Shown one piece after another: positions 1 to 10,194 of a DNA stretch of 64,000 nucleotides. This DNA is from Macrostomum lignano (Eukaryota). Position 1 is the first letter of the stretch. Every line of letters begins with the position of its first letter. The notes beneath the pieces are model-generated. The model was not told the origin of the DNA. It searched no databases and saw nothing but the letters and a program-made list of their open reading frames with translations. The position numbers and the translations under genes are program-made. The DNA lies in assembly GCA_002269645.1 (NCBI GenBank), contig NIVC01002207.1, positions 46,402 to 110,401 on the forward strand, given 5' to 3'.

Positions 1-88
1 CTCTCTTGGTACGTGTCTTAATCCTGTGCTGGATTTAGCAGAGCTGGGCTGTATAGAGTGGGTAAAAGTGGGTAAACTGCTTCTAGTA

Positions 89-495
89 TGGGTAAGCTAC
101 CAGTTCAACCGGGAGTCTATGGGGAAAGCTACCTGTTCAACCGGGAGTCTATGGGGAAAGCTACCTGTTCAACCGGAAGTCTATGGGGTAAGCTACCAGT
201 TCAACCGGAAGTCTATGGGATAAGCTACCTGTTCAACCGGAAGTCTATGGGGTAAGCTACCAGTTCAACCGGAAGTCTATGGGGTAAGCTACCAGTTCAA
301 CCGGAAGTCTATGGGGTAAGCTACCTGTTCAACCGGAAGTCTATGGGGTAAGTTACCTGTTCAACCGGAAGTCTATGGGGTAAACTACCTGTTCAACCGG
401 AAGTCTATGGGGTAAACTACCTGTTCAACCGGAAGTCTATGGGGTAAACTACCTGTTCAACCGGAAGTCTATGGGGTAAACTACCTGTTCAACAA
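89..495. repeat. 32-bp minisatellite (GGGTAAGCTACCTGTTCAACCGGAAGTCTATG), ~12-13 copies, probably intronic in the nAChR gene
   Basis: Period of 32 read directly (AAGTCTATGG at 241 and 273). Confidence 0.95.
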
Positions 496-772
496 AAAGT
501 ACGGTTAAACTGCCTTCTAAAATGAAAGACTTTTGAAATTCGATTGGAGAAGCAGCAGTTTTACCGGAAAAAGCTTCTGTATTTTAGCGGTAACAAATTG
601 GACTAACCAACCGTGTAAATACCACAATAAACAGTTTAGTAAACTAGCAATCGAAATGCTGATTAAACAAGACAGTCTGTAAAAAAGAGGTGAGTTCGCA
701 ATTTCAATGAACCAACCATTCTACTCAAACCGCAATCCCCCGATCATGCTGCGCAATCGAAACTCATCCCAG

Positions 773-859
773 GAGTGACAATTATGCTGTCACTGTCAAT
801 GTTTCAACTGCTAGTGGCTGACGCTATGCCGCAGACGTCAGAGTCTGTGCCGCTAATTG
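773..859 (+). CDS. nAChR (alpha7-like) TM2 exon, variant A: GVTIMLSLSMFQLLVADAMPQTSESVPLIG
   Basis: cccag|GA GTG ... ATT G|gtgag; 87 bp, phase 1/1; matches the M2 helix and M2-M3 loop of Cys-loop cation channels. Confidence 0.9.
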
Positions 860-1386
860 GTGAGGCTTTCGTTGGCAACTCTGAGTGCTTTGCTTGGCGA
901 CAGGAGTTCGGTTTGGTTTGCTGTTTTTTTATTAAAACCGATGATGGGGTGGTGGGCTGTCTCTGATGATTTTACGGCACAACTAACAATTGCCATGATT
1001 TTGTTAATCATGCAAACGCCTTTTCAATATTCCTTTACGCATTTGCTTGATAACAATATTTTTTTACGTTTCTTAGCTTACCATTGGTGTTGCGTGAACT
1101 CAGCAACACCGCTTGCTTGCTCTGTTTCAGTCGCCTTGGATTTGCTGCGCGCATGCTTTTGCCTGCAAATTTATCGACGCATCTTTTGACATTCTTTTTT
1201 TACCTACATTTTCCTGAAAATATTTTCTAACAGCGCGTGATGCCTTGCTCAAGTCGAAATAGGGCCTGGGGAAGGGAGAGGGGGCTGCTCAAACCAAGGC
1301 CACTATGATCATCCATTCTGACGGACAGATCCAACAACAATTGCTAACCCAGCTAACCTGAATGCCCTGCGCCTTGCATTTATCAG

Positions 1387-1473
1387 GGGTCACAATCCTG
1401 CTGTCACTAACAGTGTTTCTTATGATGGTCGCTGAGTCCATGCCGCCAACATCAGACGCTGTGCCGTTGATAG
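1387..1473 (+). CDS. nAChR (alpha7-like) TM2 exon, variant B: [30 protein letters not shown]
   Basis: tatcag|GG GTC ... ATA G|gtgag; 87 bp, phase 1/1; canonical alpha7-type M2 sequence. Not in the ORF track. Confidence 0.92.
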
Positions 1474-1680
1474 GTGAGGTTGCTACGCCGCTGGGCTAAT
1501 CTACTCTACACATACGTTGTAGTTCCCAGTGAATTGGAGAGAAATTAAGCTTTAGAAGTGTCGAAATAATGCGCTTTAGCGGACTGTGAGATATCGGTCG
1601 CTCGAAATGGTGGTAGCTGAAAAAAGTATAGACTAATTCTGAAAATAGCCAAGAAACAGATGTACAGAGAATCGAGCCTT

Positions 1681-2005
1681 GGGAGGAATTTGATAGCACA
1701 GTGTACAGTGAGTGGGGCAGAGAGGAATTTGATAGCACAGTGTACAGTGAGTGGGGCAGAGAGGAATTTGATAGCACAGTGTACAGTGAGTGGGGCAGGG
1801 AGGAATTTGATAGCACAGTGTACAGTGAGTGGGGCAGAGAGGAATTTGATAGCACAGTGTACAGTGAGTGGGGCAGGGAGGAATTTGATAGCACAGTGTA
1901 CAGTGAGTGGGGCAAAGAGGAATTTGATAGCACAGTGTACAGTGAGTGGGGCAGGGAGGAATTTGATAGCACAGTGTACAGTGAGTGTGGCAGGGAGGAA
2001 TTTGA
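1681..2005. repeat. 39-bp minisatellite (GAGGAATTTGATAGCACAGTGTACAGTGAGTGGGGCAGA), ~8 copies, intronic
   Basis: Period 39 seen directly; it explains the 13-aa repeat ORFs on both strands. Confidence 0.95.
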
Positions 2006-2555
2006 CGATAACATTCCTGATACTCAATTTAAGATAATTGAAAGAATTTAACGAAGAACAGAACTCTATACTCCTGTATCACGAATCCATCTGTGTAGAG
2101 CTCTACATGGTAAGATGACTTTGTCTGGTATTTTAATTCAGTGAAGATATTGCCAGATTTACTAAAGTACACATTGAGAAAACATTATAGCTAGGGATAG
2201 CTAGCAAAGTTTTTTTGTAAAATATTACTAGTATGCAAAAAAATTAAACGCACGTCTTATAGATGGACCATCTTTAGCTACATGTATCTTACATGTATAT
2301 CTTCAACAGGTTAGCCTGTACCGAAATTTACCCAACTCTGTTTAGTGGTAAAATTATACTACGCTCGTATTGATTGACTTTGCGAGAGCGAATTTACTAA
2401 TCCTATACTTTGTGGTGAAGGGCGCTGCTTGTTTTTATTAACTATTGCACTACTTTTTAAAAAATAATTAAGTATTGTAATTAAGAATAATTTCCTGTTT
2501 CTATGGGAAAATGACTACGATAAGGAAGTCTTTAAACCCAACCTGCCCACTCTAG

Positions 2556-2665
2556 GCATGTACTTCTCCTGCACCATGGTAATGTGCAGCTTGTCCGTGG
2601 TCTTCACCGTCATTGTGCTCAATTATCATCATAGAGACGCTGAGTCGCATCCTGTGCCCAACTGG
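2556..2665 (+). CDS. nAChR TM3 exon: (G)[36 protein letters not shown]
   Basis: tctag|GC ATG ... AAC TGG|gtgag; phase 1 start fits either TM2 exon; VLNYHHR..MP.W motif of nAChRs. Confidence 0.93.
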
Positions 2666-2811
2666 GTGAGGCTTCTTAATAATTTTTGTTAAACCTCAAG
2701 TTAAACATGGCGTAACTGACCATTTACGTGCACATGTAACTATTAATTCAGCTGAGCATTCTTGTTACACACAACACAGAGATTCCGCCGCCGAATCCTC
2801 CTTATTCTTAG

Positions 2812-3142
2812 GTGAAAAAGTTCATCTGCACCTACCTGGCAAACATCCTGTGCATGAGGAATCATCACAGAGACGAGGAGAAGGAGCCTGTCTACCTGCG
2901 CCGCAGAAAGAACGCCTCCTTCCGGACATCCTCGTATCGCGAAGCCGCCAACGCCAACGTGGAGCTGAAGGAGCGCTCGTCCAAGTCTCTGCTAGCCAAT
3001 GTGCTCGACCTCGAGGACGACATCCGGACAGTGGGCGGCGTGGGCGGTGTCGGGGTCAGCGGCATCGGCGCTAGCGCAGGGGCCTTCTCGCCACCCACCT
3101 ATCAGAACGTGATGGGCAGCAGCATGGACGGCGGAGCGGAGC

Positions 3143-3180
<38 letters not shown>

Positions 3181-3411
3181 CCCTCCTGCGGCTCGAACTG
3201 CAGCACCCGAAACGAGCTGGCCGCCGTTGTCCGTGAGCTCCAGGTCATCACCAAGAAGATCGCCGACGATACGGCCGATGGCGAGATTAGCAGCGAGTGG
3301 AAATTCGCCGCGAGGGTGGTGGACAGACTCTGCTTGATAATCTTCTCCTGCTTCACCGTCATTTCCACCTGCGCCATTCTCTTCTCCGCGCCGGACGTCT
3401 TCAAAGGCTGA
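2812..3411 (+). CDS. nAChR terminal exon: intracellular loop with poly-Gly, MA helix and TM4 ([33 protein letters not shown])
   Basis: ttctta g|GTG AAA, phase 0; the WKFAA.VVDRLCL motif is typical of alpha7-like subunits; stop at 3409-3411. Confidence 0.95.
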
Positions 3412-5502
3412 TGATGGGGCTGCGGAAGCCAACTTAGCTCTGAATGCTCACCAGTCAGCTACTCCGAAATACCTGCCTATTAACCTGCAATTAGGAAGCT
3501 GGCTGATGCATGCACGAACAGGCGTAACGCCTTTTTTCAGCACCCGAATTTTGTTGGAAAGTTGCTTCTCATTCTTGCCTGACCTTGTCGCCACACCGTG
3601 CAATGTCCGCCCCCCCCCACTGGAGACTGCTCCATGCCGGGCTTACAAGTTTGTCCAACCAACTGCTCGCCATCTGATCGCACCTTTCCTGCCTTTCCTG
3701 GAAACAGTCTTGCCTTGCCATCTTGTTGCACAGTCGAGATTAGATCTTAAAGCCGCGCGTTCATTTTCATTTGGTTCCCATCAGGTTTGTCCAGATGGAC
3801 GGTTCGATGCTCGATTTAATCGTGACGGAGTCTGAGTGAAACTTAAAAAACAATTATCCTGATTGGATCTGTAAGGATTCTGGTGGATGATTGGTAAAAA
3901 ATTCTGCAGTTTTGTCCTTTTCCAAACTGTTACAAACTGTTTGGGCTAATACATTGCTTTACACTACATAGACAGAAAACTAAATATGCTCATTTCGAAT
4001 GTAGCACAATTACTTTTGTAGCGTCAATGGGATTAGGGGAAAATTACCAAACGTCAGCTTCTAAAATACTCAGAATGTATATTTGTTGAAAACGATATTG
4101 CGAGTACTATTTTGGAGCAAACTATTTCTGGGAAAATATATTGCGCTTTTTGTCCAAATCAAAGTGTTTAGCCATGTATGGATTATCCTCGAAGTTGAGT
4201 TACTCGATCGTTACCCTTAGTACGTCTATACCCGTATACAGGGACTTATATCCCAGTTTACCGATCGATCGATGGAAATCGTGCTTCTCAAAGTCCAAAT
4301 GGTCAGATACGAGTATTAGGGAGTTTGATGTTAAAAAACTAATGGGGAATCGTGGGAAGAAATGTGCCGTTCGAAGACATTAAAAATGCGGAAGTAAGCT
4401 GTTGCTCCACCGTGATAAGACTCGCAATTGCCATTGTGATCCCCATCTTGCCTAGTATTGCTATTCTAGTTAAACTATTACCTTCGTTAACAAGCGTCTC
4501 TGCTCTCTCCTATAATAGCTGTCCCACGTAAACCTGTAATTTTTAACCTTCTTTGTCACCACTACACCGCCCTACATGCACATATTAGTGTAAACTGCTA
4601 TGGTACAGCCATATTCACACGTCTTTTGTCTCTAATGCGACACAATTGGGTTTTAGGGGGGCTACTATAGCTAACTAATATCGTTAATTTAATACTCAAT
4701 TTTAATAACAACACCCGAGCTCTAAGCCGATGCGACTAAGAAAAAAGAGCGATACGTACTTTAAGTTATTTGATCCATTGTGTTTGCGAATTTTCTGAAC
4801 TTTTAGCGAATTTACTGCTAAATCGATCGCACTGTCTCCTTTGTTATAAAATAACTCGTACAAATAGTACTTTTGCTATGAAAGTGTTAGCATTCATTTG
4901 TTATAATGATGTTTGCCGCCTGTCTGTGCTGTACATGTATCAATCGTACATTAAATACCTGCGCTCGTGTACGGTACAGGCGGTACAGCGTGTGCAACCT
5001 AGTAAATGTGTCGGTATCAAATGCTTAGTGCAAAATGAATTGCAAAAAATGCAAATATATTATAATTATTCATGCAAATCGATAGTTTGCAGACAGTTAC
5101 TTTACCTGTCGAAAAAGATGTTTTCCAAAAAATGTTTATGAGAGGAAAGGAACCTTTTCGTAAATGGAAAACAATAATTCTTGCGTACGTGTCTAATAAA
5201 CAGCGCATTGGTACATGTGTGTCCACACATTTTTTAATGAATGATGAAATTGACGGCTGTAGAATCAAGGGGTATATAATTTGCATAAAATCTCAATTCT
5301 AATACCCACCACTCCGAAGTAGAGAGAAAACGGGTCTCCAAAAGTTGACTGCGGTAACAATTAAGACAGAAGCAGAAATATGTACAGGAAGGACGACTTG
5401 ATTGCAGCAGTGCCCACACGGGTTATGGCCAAATGTGATTCGGGCTGCATGAAACGCACCGTGAAGTTATCTAACGCGCTTGACGACGGGCTGACAACGT
5501 AT

Positions 5503-5519
5503 TTTGCTGTTGTTGCTGT

Positions 5520-5553
<34 letters not shown>

Positions 5554-6506
5554 GTTGTTTGCGGTGAGCATCTCACAGGGGCCGCCAGTCGACGGCTCCC
5601 AGGAGCTGCGCCACCATATCACCACGTGCAAAGTCGCTCAGATTAGTGACGCCGATGTTGCGTCGAATTGCTTCGAGCTTAGGGCAGGTACAGAGGTGGA
5701 ATTGGTCCGTGACATCCAGGCAAAGTCGGCAGGGGCCGCCTTCGGTGATGCCTGTGCGGTTGCGATAGTAGTTGGAGTCAGGGCAGTGGCCTGCTCTGAC
5801 CTGCGCCACGAGGATTTGTTGGCGGCGTGGTCCCTGATGGAAGGAGATCGGTTTACCGTAGACCTCGGCCATGTGCCCTTGAAGGGTCGGGCGGTACTTG
5901 AGATGATGACGGATGCGCTCTTGAGCGGCTGCAAGGGATATTTCGGACTCGTCCTGAGGCAGGGTGGCCGCGAGCTTGGCCTCTGCGTCGACCAGTTTCC
6001 GGGCACTCCCGAATGTCCCGGAACTCATTGCAGGGTAATCTTCGTGTGCATGGCTGCGGTAGCGAGGAGATCTTTAACTTGCTCAAGCCGCAGGTTGAGG
6101 GTTGGACGGTCAGCTTTGATGGCGGCGATGGCGCTCTGGCTGTCGGTTAGAATGACAGCTTGGCGCGGCTCGGAGCTGATAATGTCTTCCAGGACGAGCT
6201 TGATGGCCATTAATTCAGCTTCATAGGAGTTGCACCAGCGACCCGCTGCTGCGTGCCCGCAGCGACGGATGGTGCTTTTTTGGTCGAGGAGGGTCCATGC
6301 GGCTCCGCCGTTTTCGACCCCTCCGGTTCGAGCCATCCGTGTAGTAGTTGCAGGAACCTGGGCAGCGTTGCTCAATGGCTGCAAAAATTTGTTCGGTCGG
6401 AGTGGCTCCCAGGTCTGGCAGGTTGGTGAAACAGTTGGTCGACAAGAGAGGCCCAGGGTGGCCGTCGGGTAAGGTGGAAGGGTGTTGTTGTTGTTGTTGT
6501 TGTTGT
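5503..6506 (-). mobile_element. 5'-truncated, degenerate non-LTR retrotransposon 3' end (RNase H + C-terminal Cys/His knuckle) with (CAA)n at both ends
   Basis: Motifs YTDGS (~6330-6345), SYEAEL.AI, ILTDSQSAI, Q*VPGHSGVPGN (Trp TGG->TGA at 6025-6027), then ELVDAEAK and CRLC..H..C after frameshifts; (AAC)n tail 5503-5560; second (AAC)n at 6482-6506. Confidence 0.88.
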
Positions 6507-7164
6507 GGCGAATGTCGGCCTGGTGGTCGACATTGCATGGGGCTGAATTTTTTGCCGAGACTCTGACGAACAGGTAACGCGGAGTTTCCGTGATATTATC
6601 AGTTTTTCTGCCTCTGCTGTCTAGTTCTGTCCGCAAGGATCTGCATGTTTGGGCTGCTTTCGTTAGCTGTACAACGTCTAAGACTTGGATACTGACAGAC
6701 TCGCTTGAATAGTTAGTATACGTAGGATCGGCACATGCAGGCTGCATGGTCGTCTGTTGTGCAGCAGGCCGTCGTCGAGATCAGCGACGAGCGAGTTACC
6801 ATGCATGGAATGCGGCACTTTATTCGATTATTCTTTGTCCAACAAGTCACCCTTGGTCCGTCCCCAAGCAACCCGAGACGCTCTGTAAGGTGAATTCCAG
6901 CGGGCATGCGTGTACCACAGTAACGTTGTGATATGAATAAATGTACATGTAAGAACAGGTTTTCTCTTCCATGCAAAGAAACCTAGAAAATCAGGGACAG
7001 AATAGCGCAGTGATAAACGCATCCGACTATCGCTCCACATTATTCACGGCCATTTCGTGTCATTTCCATTTAAATCCCCAGGCTGAGGTGCCTGAAGATT
7101 GGATTCTGTATACAGTACATGTATACATAGGTACACCCTATAATTTGTGATTCAGTATGTGTTA

Positions 7165-7427
7165 CTTTCTTCTTCTTCTTCTTCGGGCGCGCTCGGCCCA
7201 GGGTCCATGGCACCGGGCGTCAGACGGCGCCCGCCTTCCCGAGGAAGTTTAACACCGCGACGCAGTTCTCGAAAACTGCCGCGGGCTCCGGGCTTGGCCC
7301 CCCAGAGGCGGCAGCGGTGTGGAGTCAGGGCGGGGCAGGAGATCAGCAGATGGGCCGCGCCGTCTCCTCTCCATCGCAACACAAGCGGCAGTTGGGGGCC
7401 ACGTCAACGCCGATGGCGGCCTGGAAG
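7165..7427 (-). mobile_element. 263-bp 5'-truncated LINE 3' remnant with (GAA)n tail and 10-bp TSD
   Basis: GTATGTGTTA direct repeats at 7155-7164 and 7428-7437; minus strand reads CRLCCDGEETA/HLLISCPALTPHRCRLWG (CCHC knuckle, one frameshift); (CTT)n at 7165-7184. Confidence 0.88.
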
Positions 7428-7836
7428 GTATGTGTTATATCGCGGTCCACCGAGTGTTTTTATTATCTTTCTTGTAATCCCACTTAAAGAAAAATAGTTG
7501 TGCGTTAATACGCGGTATAACAACAAAATATATAAATTAATTGAAGAAATTTACGGCAAAATGGATTTACCTTGTTTGTGTATTTTTTTCTATCGTTCTT
7601 AACTTTCAGTATCCAAATGTACGAATAATAAATGTTAGAGTTGCTTGTTTAAATCTTGCTATCTCCGAATTTCGCAATTTAGTAAGTAATTGTGAGAAGT
7701 GAGTGTAACCGCGCGGTACCCTCCAATTACCGTGTGCGTTTCGATTATTAATATCTGATATTAGAGAATCGCGTGTTAACTTGCATTTTACTTTGTGTAC
7801 TTTACTAAATTAAGCTCTCACTTGGATTTCGTGGCA

Positions 7837-7840
7837 ATGG
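7837..7840 (+). CDS. POLR2B: Probable first coding exon of RPB2 (ATG G)
   Basis: gcaATGG|gtaagt is a perfect donor; phase 1 joins the exon at 18689 (G|AC = Asp) to give [15 protein letters not shown]. No other candidate was seen in the intervening repeat DNA. Confidence 0.7.
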
Positions 7841-7900
7841 GTAAGTGTAGAAATTCTTAGTTGTATTAAAGTTGCATAAAGGCTATGTATGCCTATACAA

Positions 7901-9037
7901 TAGGCTGTCCAGTGAGATTTTAAAAGTTATTTATTTTGATACTATCATCATTGCCAAAATTGATAGAGGTCATCAACAGTATTCCAAATTGGCCTCATTA
8001 AAATTGATTGAATAGTGAAAAAGTTATAAGAATTTTAGTGACAAGTTTTGTATAAATTTCAATGGAAAAAATACATAGTACTTAGTAGGGGGCCTAACTA
8101 AAGCAGAACTTTTTTGCAAAAATTAAAATTTTGTGTTCAAATGCATATAACTAAATGATTTTTATTACAAATGTATTGGTTTTGGTGTTATTTAGAAGAT
8201 AATTTTTGTTATTTATGTAATGAAATTAGTAGAGCTGTCAAAATTAGAGATTTTATTCGAGACGAGATTTGAGATGAGAAAGGCTTTTAAGTCAAGAATT
8301 TTGAGACGAGACAAGACAAAGTAAATCTAAAAAATATATTTTAGAATTGCATCTTGTCTTGCTCTTATCTTGCCTTATCTTGTCTTAAATTTCTTGATAA
8401 GATACAATTCTAAAATATATTTTTTAGATTTTCTAGAATACTTTCTTAATTCTAGTTTAAATTCTTTGCTATTTATTCATAAGAATTTATGCTTGTAGCA
8501 TATAGGCCCTTGGCCCTACTATGTCTATTACTAATTCGTCAAAAGACCTGTGTAGATTGTCTTCAAGTTTGCTATGATACACCTTGCTACAGAACTGAAA
8601 TGATAACTAAAAAAGCGCATATGCAATGCAAATTTGTATATAACGACATTCGTTAAATAACTGCTCGACATTGGCTAGATTTTACCATTTGAAAATTGCC
8701 CTATCAAGCGTGTTACAACAAACAGTTGTATTTATATGAAAATTTGTTCCCCTTTTATATCATATCACTTCATAGCTTTTGAAAAAAGGTATAAAAAAAT
8801 TTCTTGAATCTCGTCTCGAATTTCTTGACAAAATTCGAGATTTCTCGAGACGAGAAAAAATGTCAAGATCTTGTATTAAATCTTGTCTCATCGAGATCTC
8901 GTGACAGCTCTAGAAATTAGACTCAATCTAATATTAGGCCTAGCAAGTTTTATTAAGTTTTGCTAATGTATGTATAGCATAAAAAGATTGAAAAAATATT
9001 TTTTGCCTAATTTTTCTAAAGCTTACTAGACAGCCTA
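7901..9037. mobile_element. Degenerate non-autonomous DNA transposon (Tc1/mariner-like MITE) in RPB2 intron 1
   Basis: Imperfect TIRs TAGGCTGTCCAGTGAG (7901-7916) and CTTACTAGACAGCCTA (9022-9037). Confidence 0.55.
8230..8912. mobile_element. hAT-type MITE nested in the previous element
   Basis: TIR TAGAGCTGTCA / TGACAGCTCTA; 8-bp TSD GAAATTAG at 8222-8229 and 8913-8920; subterminal GAGACGAGA repeats. Confidence 0.88.
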
Positions 9038-9135
9038 TACTATAAAAATGGCTAAGAAAGATTAGTTAGATAAATATAAAATCCATCATTGATATCAATG
9101 ATGTTATATTATATAATAATGATATTATATAAAAA

Positions 9136-10194
9136 GGTATAATCTTAGTTTCCCTGCATTAAATTATTTTTAGTTAAAAAATCAACTCAATAAGTTAAAA
9201 CAGGTTAGTCCATAATAGTCAATAGTCCACTGAGCTCACTAACCCAGAATAAGAAGTTGCTAAAGGACTTCTCTAGGTAAAGGTGGCGGCTTCCAGATAG
9301 TCCAGCGACAAGACAATCTGGCAACAGTCAATCCAGTGACAAACGATCTGGTGACAGATATTAAATCAACATATATCATGATATATATAGATTAGTTAAG
9401 CTATTATTTGTAGCTTTTTATTATTTTTTATTAATACTATTATTATTATACTATTATTATATATACTACTATTATCCATGCATTATTTGTTACATTAAAT
9501 GTAGGTTACGTGTACATTTTAAAAATAATACGTACAAGTTGCTGTGCGAATAGCAATTTTTTGGTTCTTTGACTCTCAAATATTGTCACAAATACAATAT
9601 ATACAACAATATTGATTATAGTCATAGAAACTTGCTTTCCAAGCAGATTAAATTGATTGATTGTCTTTGAAAAGAACATATTGAAAATCAACAGCTACAT
9701 ATAGTTGTAAAAATATAACTGCAATAATTATAGTTTATGTAATTGTTATTTAATTATTTAAGTATTAATAGGTAATAATAAAGAGCTAAAAATAATAGCT
9801 CAACTAATCCATATATATGCTGTTATACGTTGATTTAATATCTGTTGCTGGATCGTCTATTGCTGGATTGACTGTCGCTAGATTGTCTGTCACCGGATCA
9901 TCTTGTTGCTGGATTGACTGGATACCAAGGTGGCGCTAGAGATACTCATTTAGGTGCAAATCAAATAGGCCATAGTTGGTGCCATACATGTTATGGAACT
10001 TTGCCTTGACATGCGCCCAAGTCTTTTTTAATGGTATTCATATGGAAAGTTCCTAGTTTCCAACTAGTTCTGCATTTTGGGTTGCTCATTATTATGCTAT
10101 CTAGTAGGCTCAGCAGACTATTGATTGCTATGGACTAACTATGGATTATTTTTTTAACTCAAAATAATTTAATGCAGGAAGCTAGGATTATGCC
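9136..10194. mobile_element. Foldback-type MITE with long imperfect TIRs
   Basis: GGTATAATCTTAGTTTCCCTGCATTAAATTATTTT at 9136 is inverted against AAAATAATTTAATGCAGGAAGCTAGGATTATGCC ending at 10194; flanked by ATAAAAA on both sides (weak TSD). Confidence 0.7.
9289..9926. mobile_element. Mutator-like MITE nested in the foldback element
   Basis: 9-bp TSD AAGGTGGCG at 9280-9288 and 9927-9935; ~150-bp imperfect TIRs with CC(G/A)G(C/T)(G/A)ACAG subrepeats. Confidence 0.85.

Noticed and set aside
860-2555. A third TM2 exon variant
   Set aside because: I searched both flanking introns by eye and found no further GVT..LS-like 87-bp exon.
6025-6027. TGA at a conserved Trp in RNase H (alternative genetic code or readthrough)
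   Set aside because: The same element has several frameshifts, and host genes use TGG for Trp and TGA as stop, so this is simple decay.
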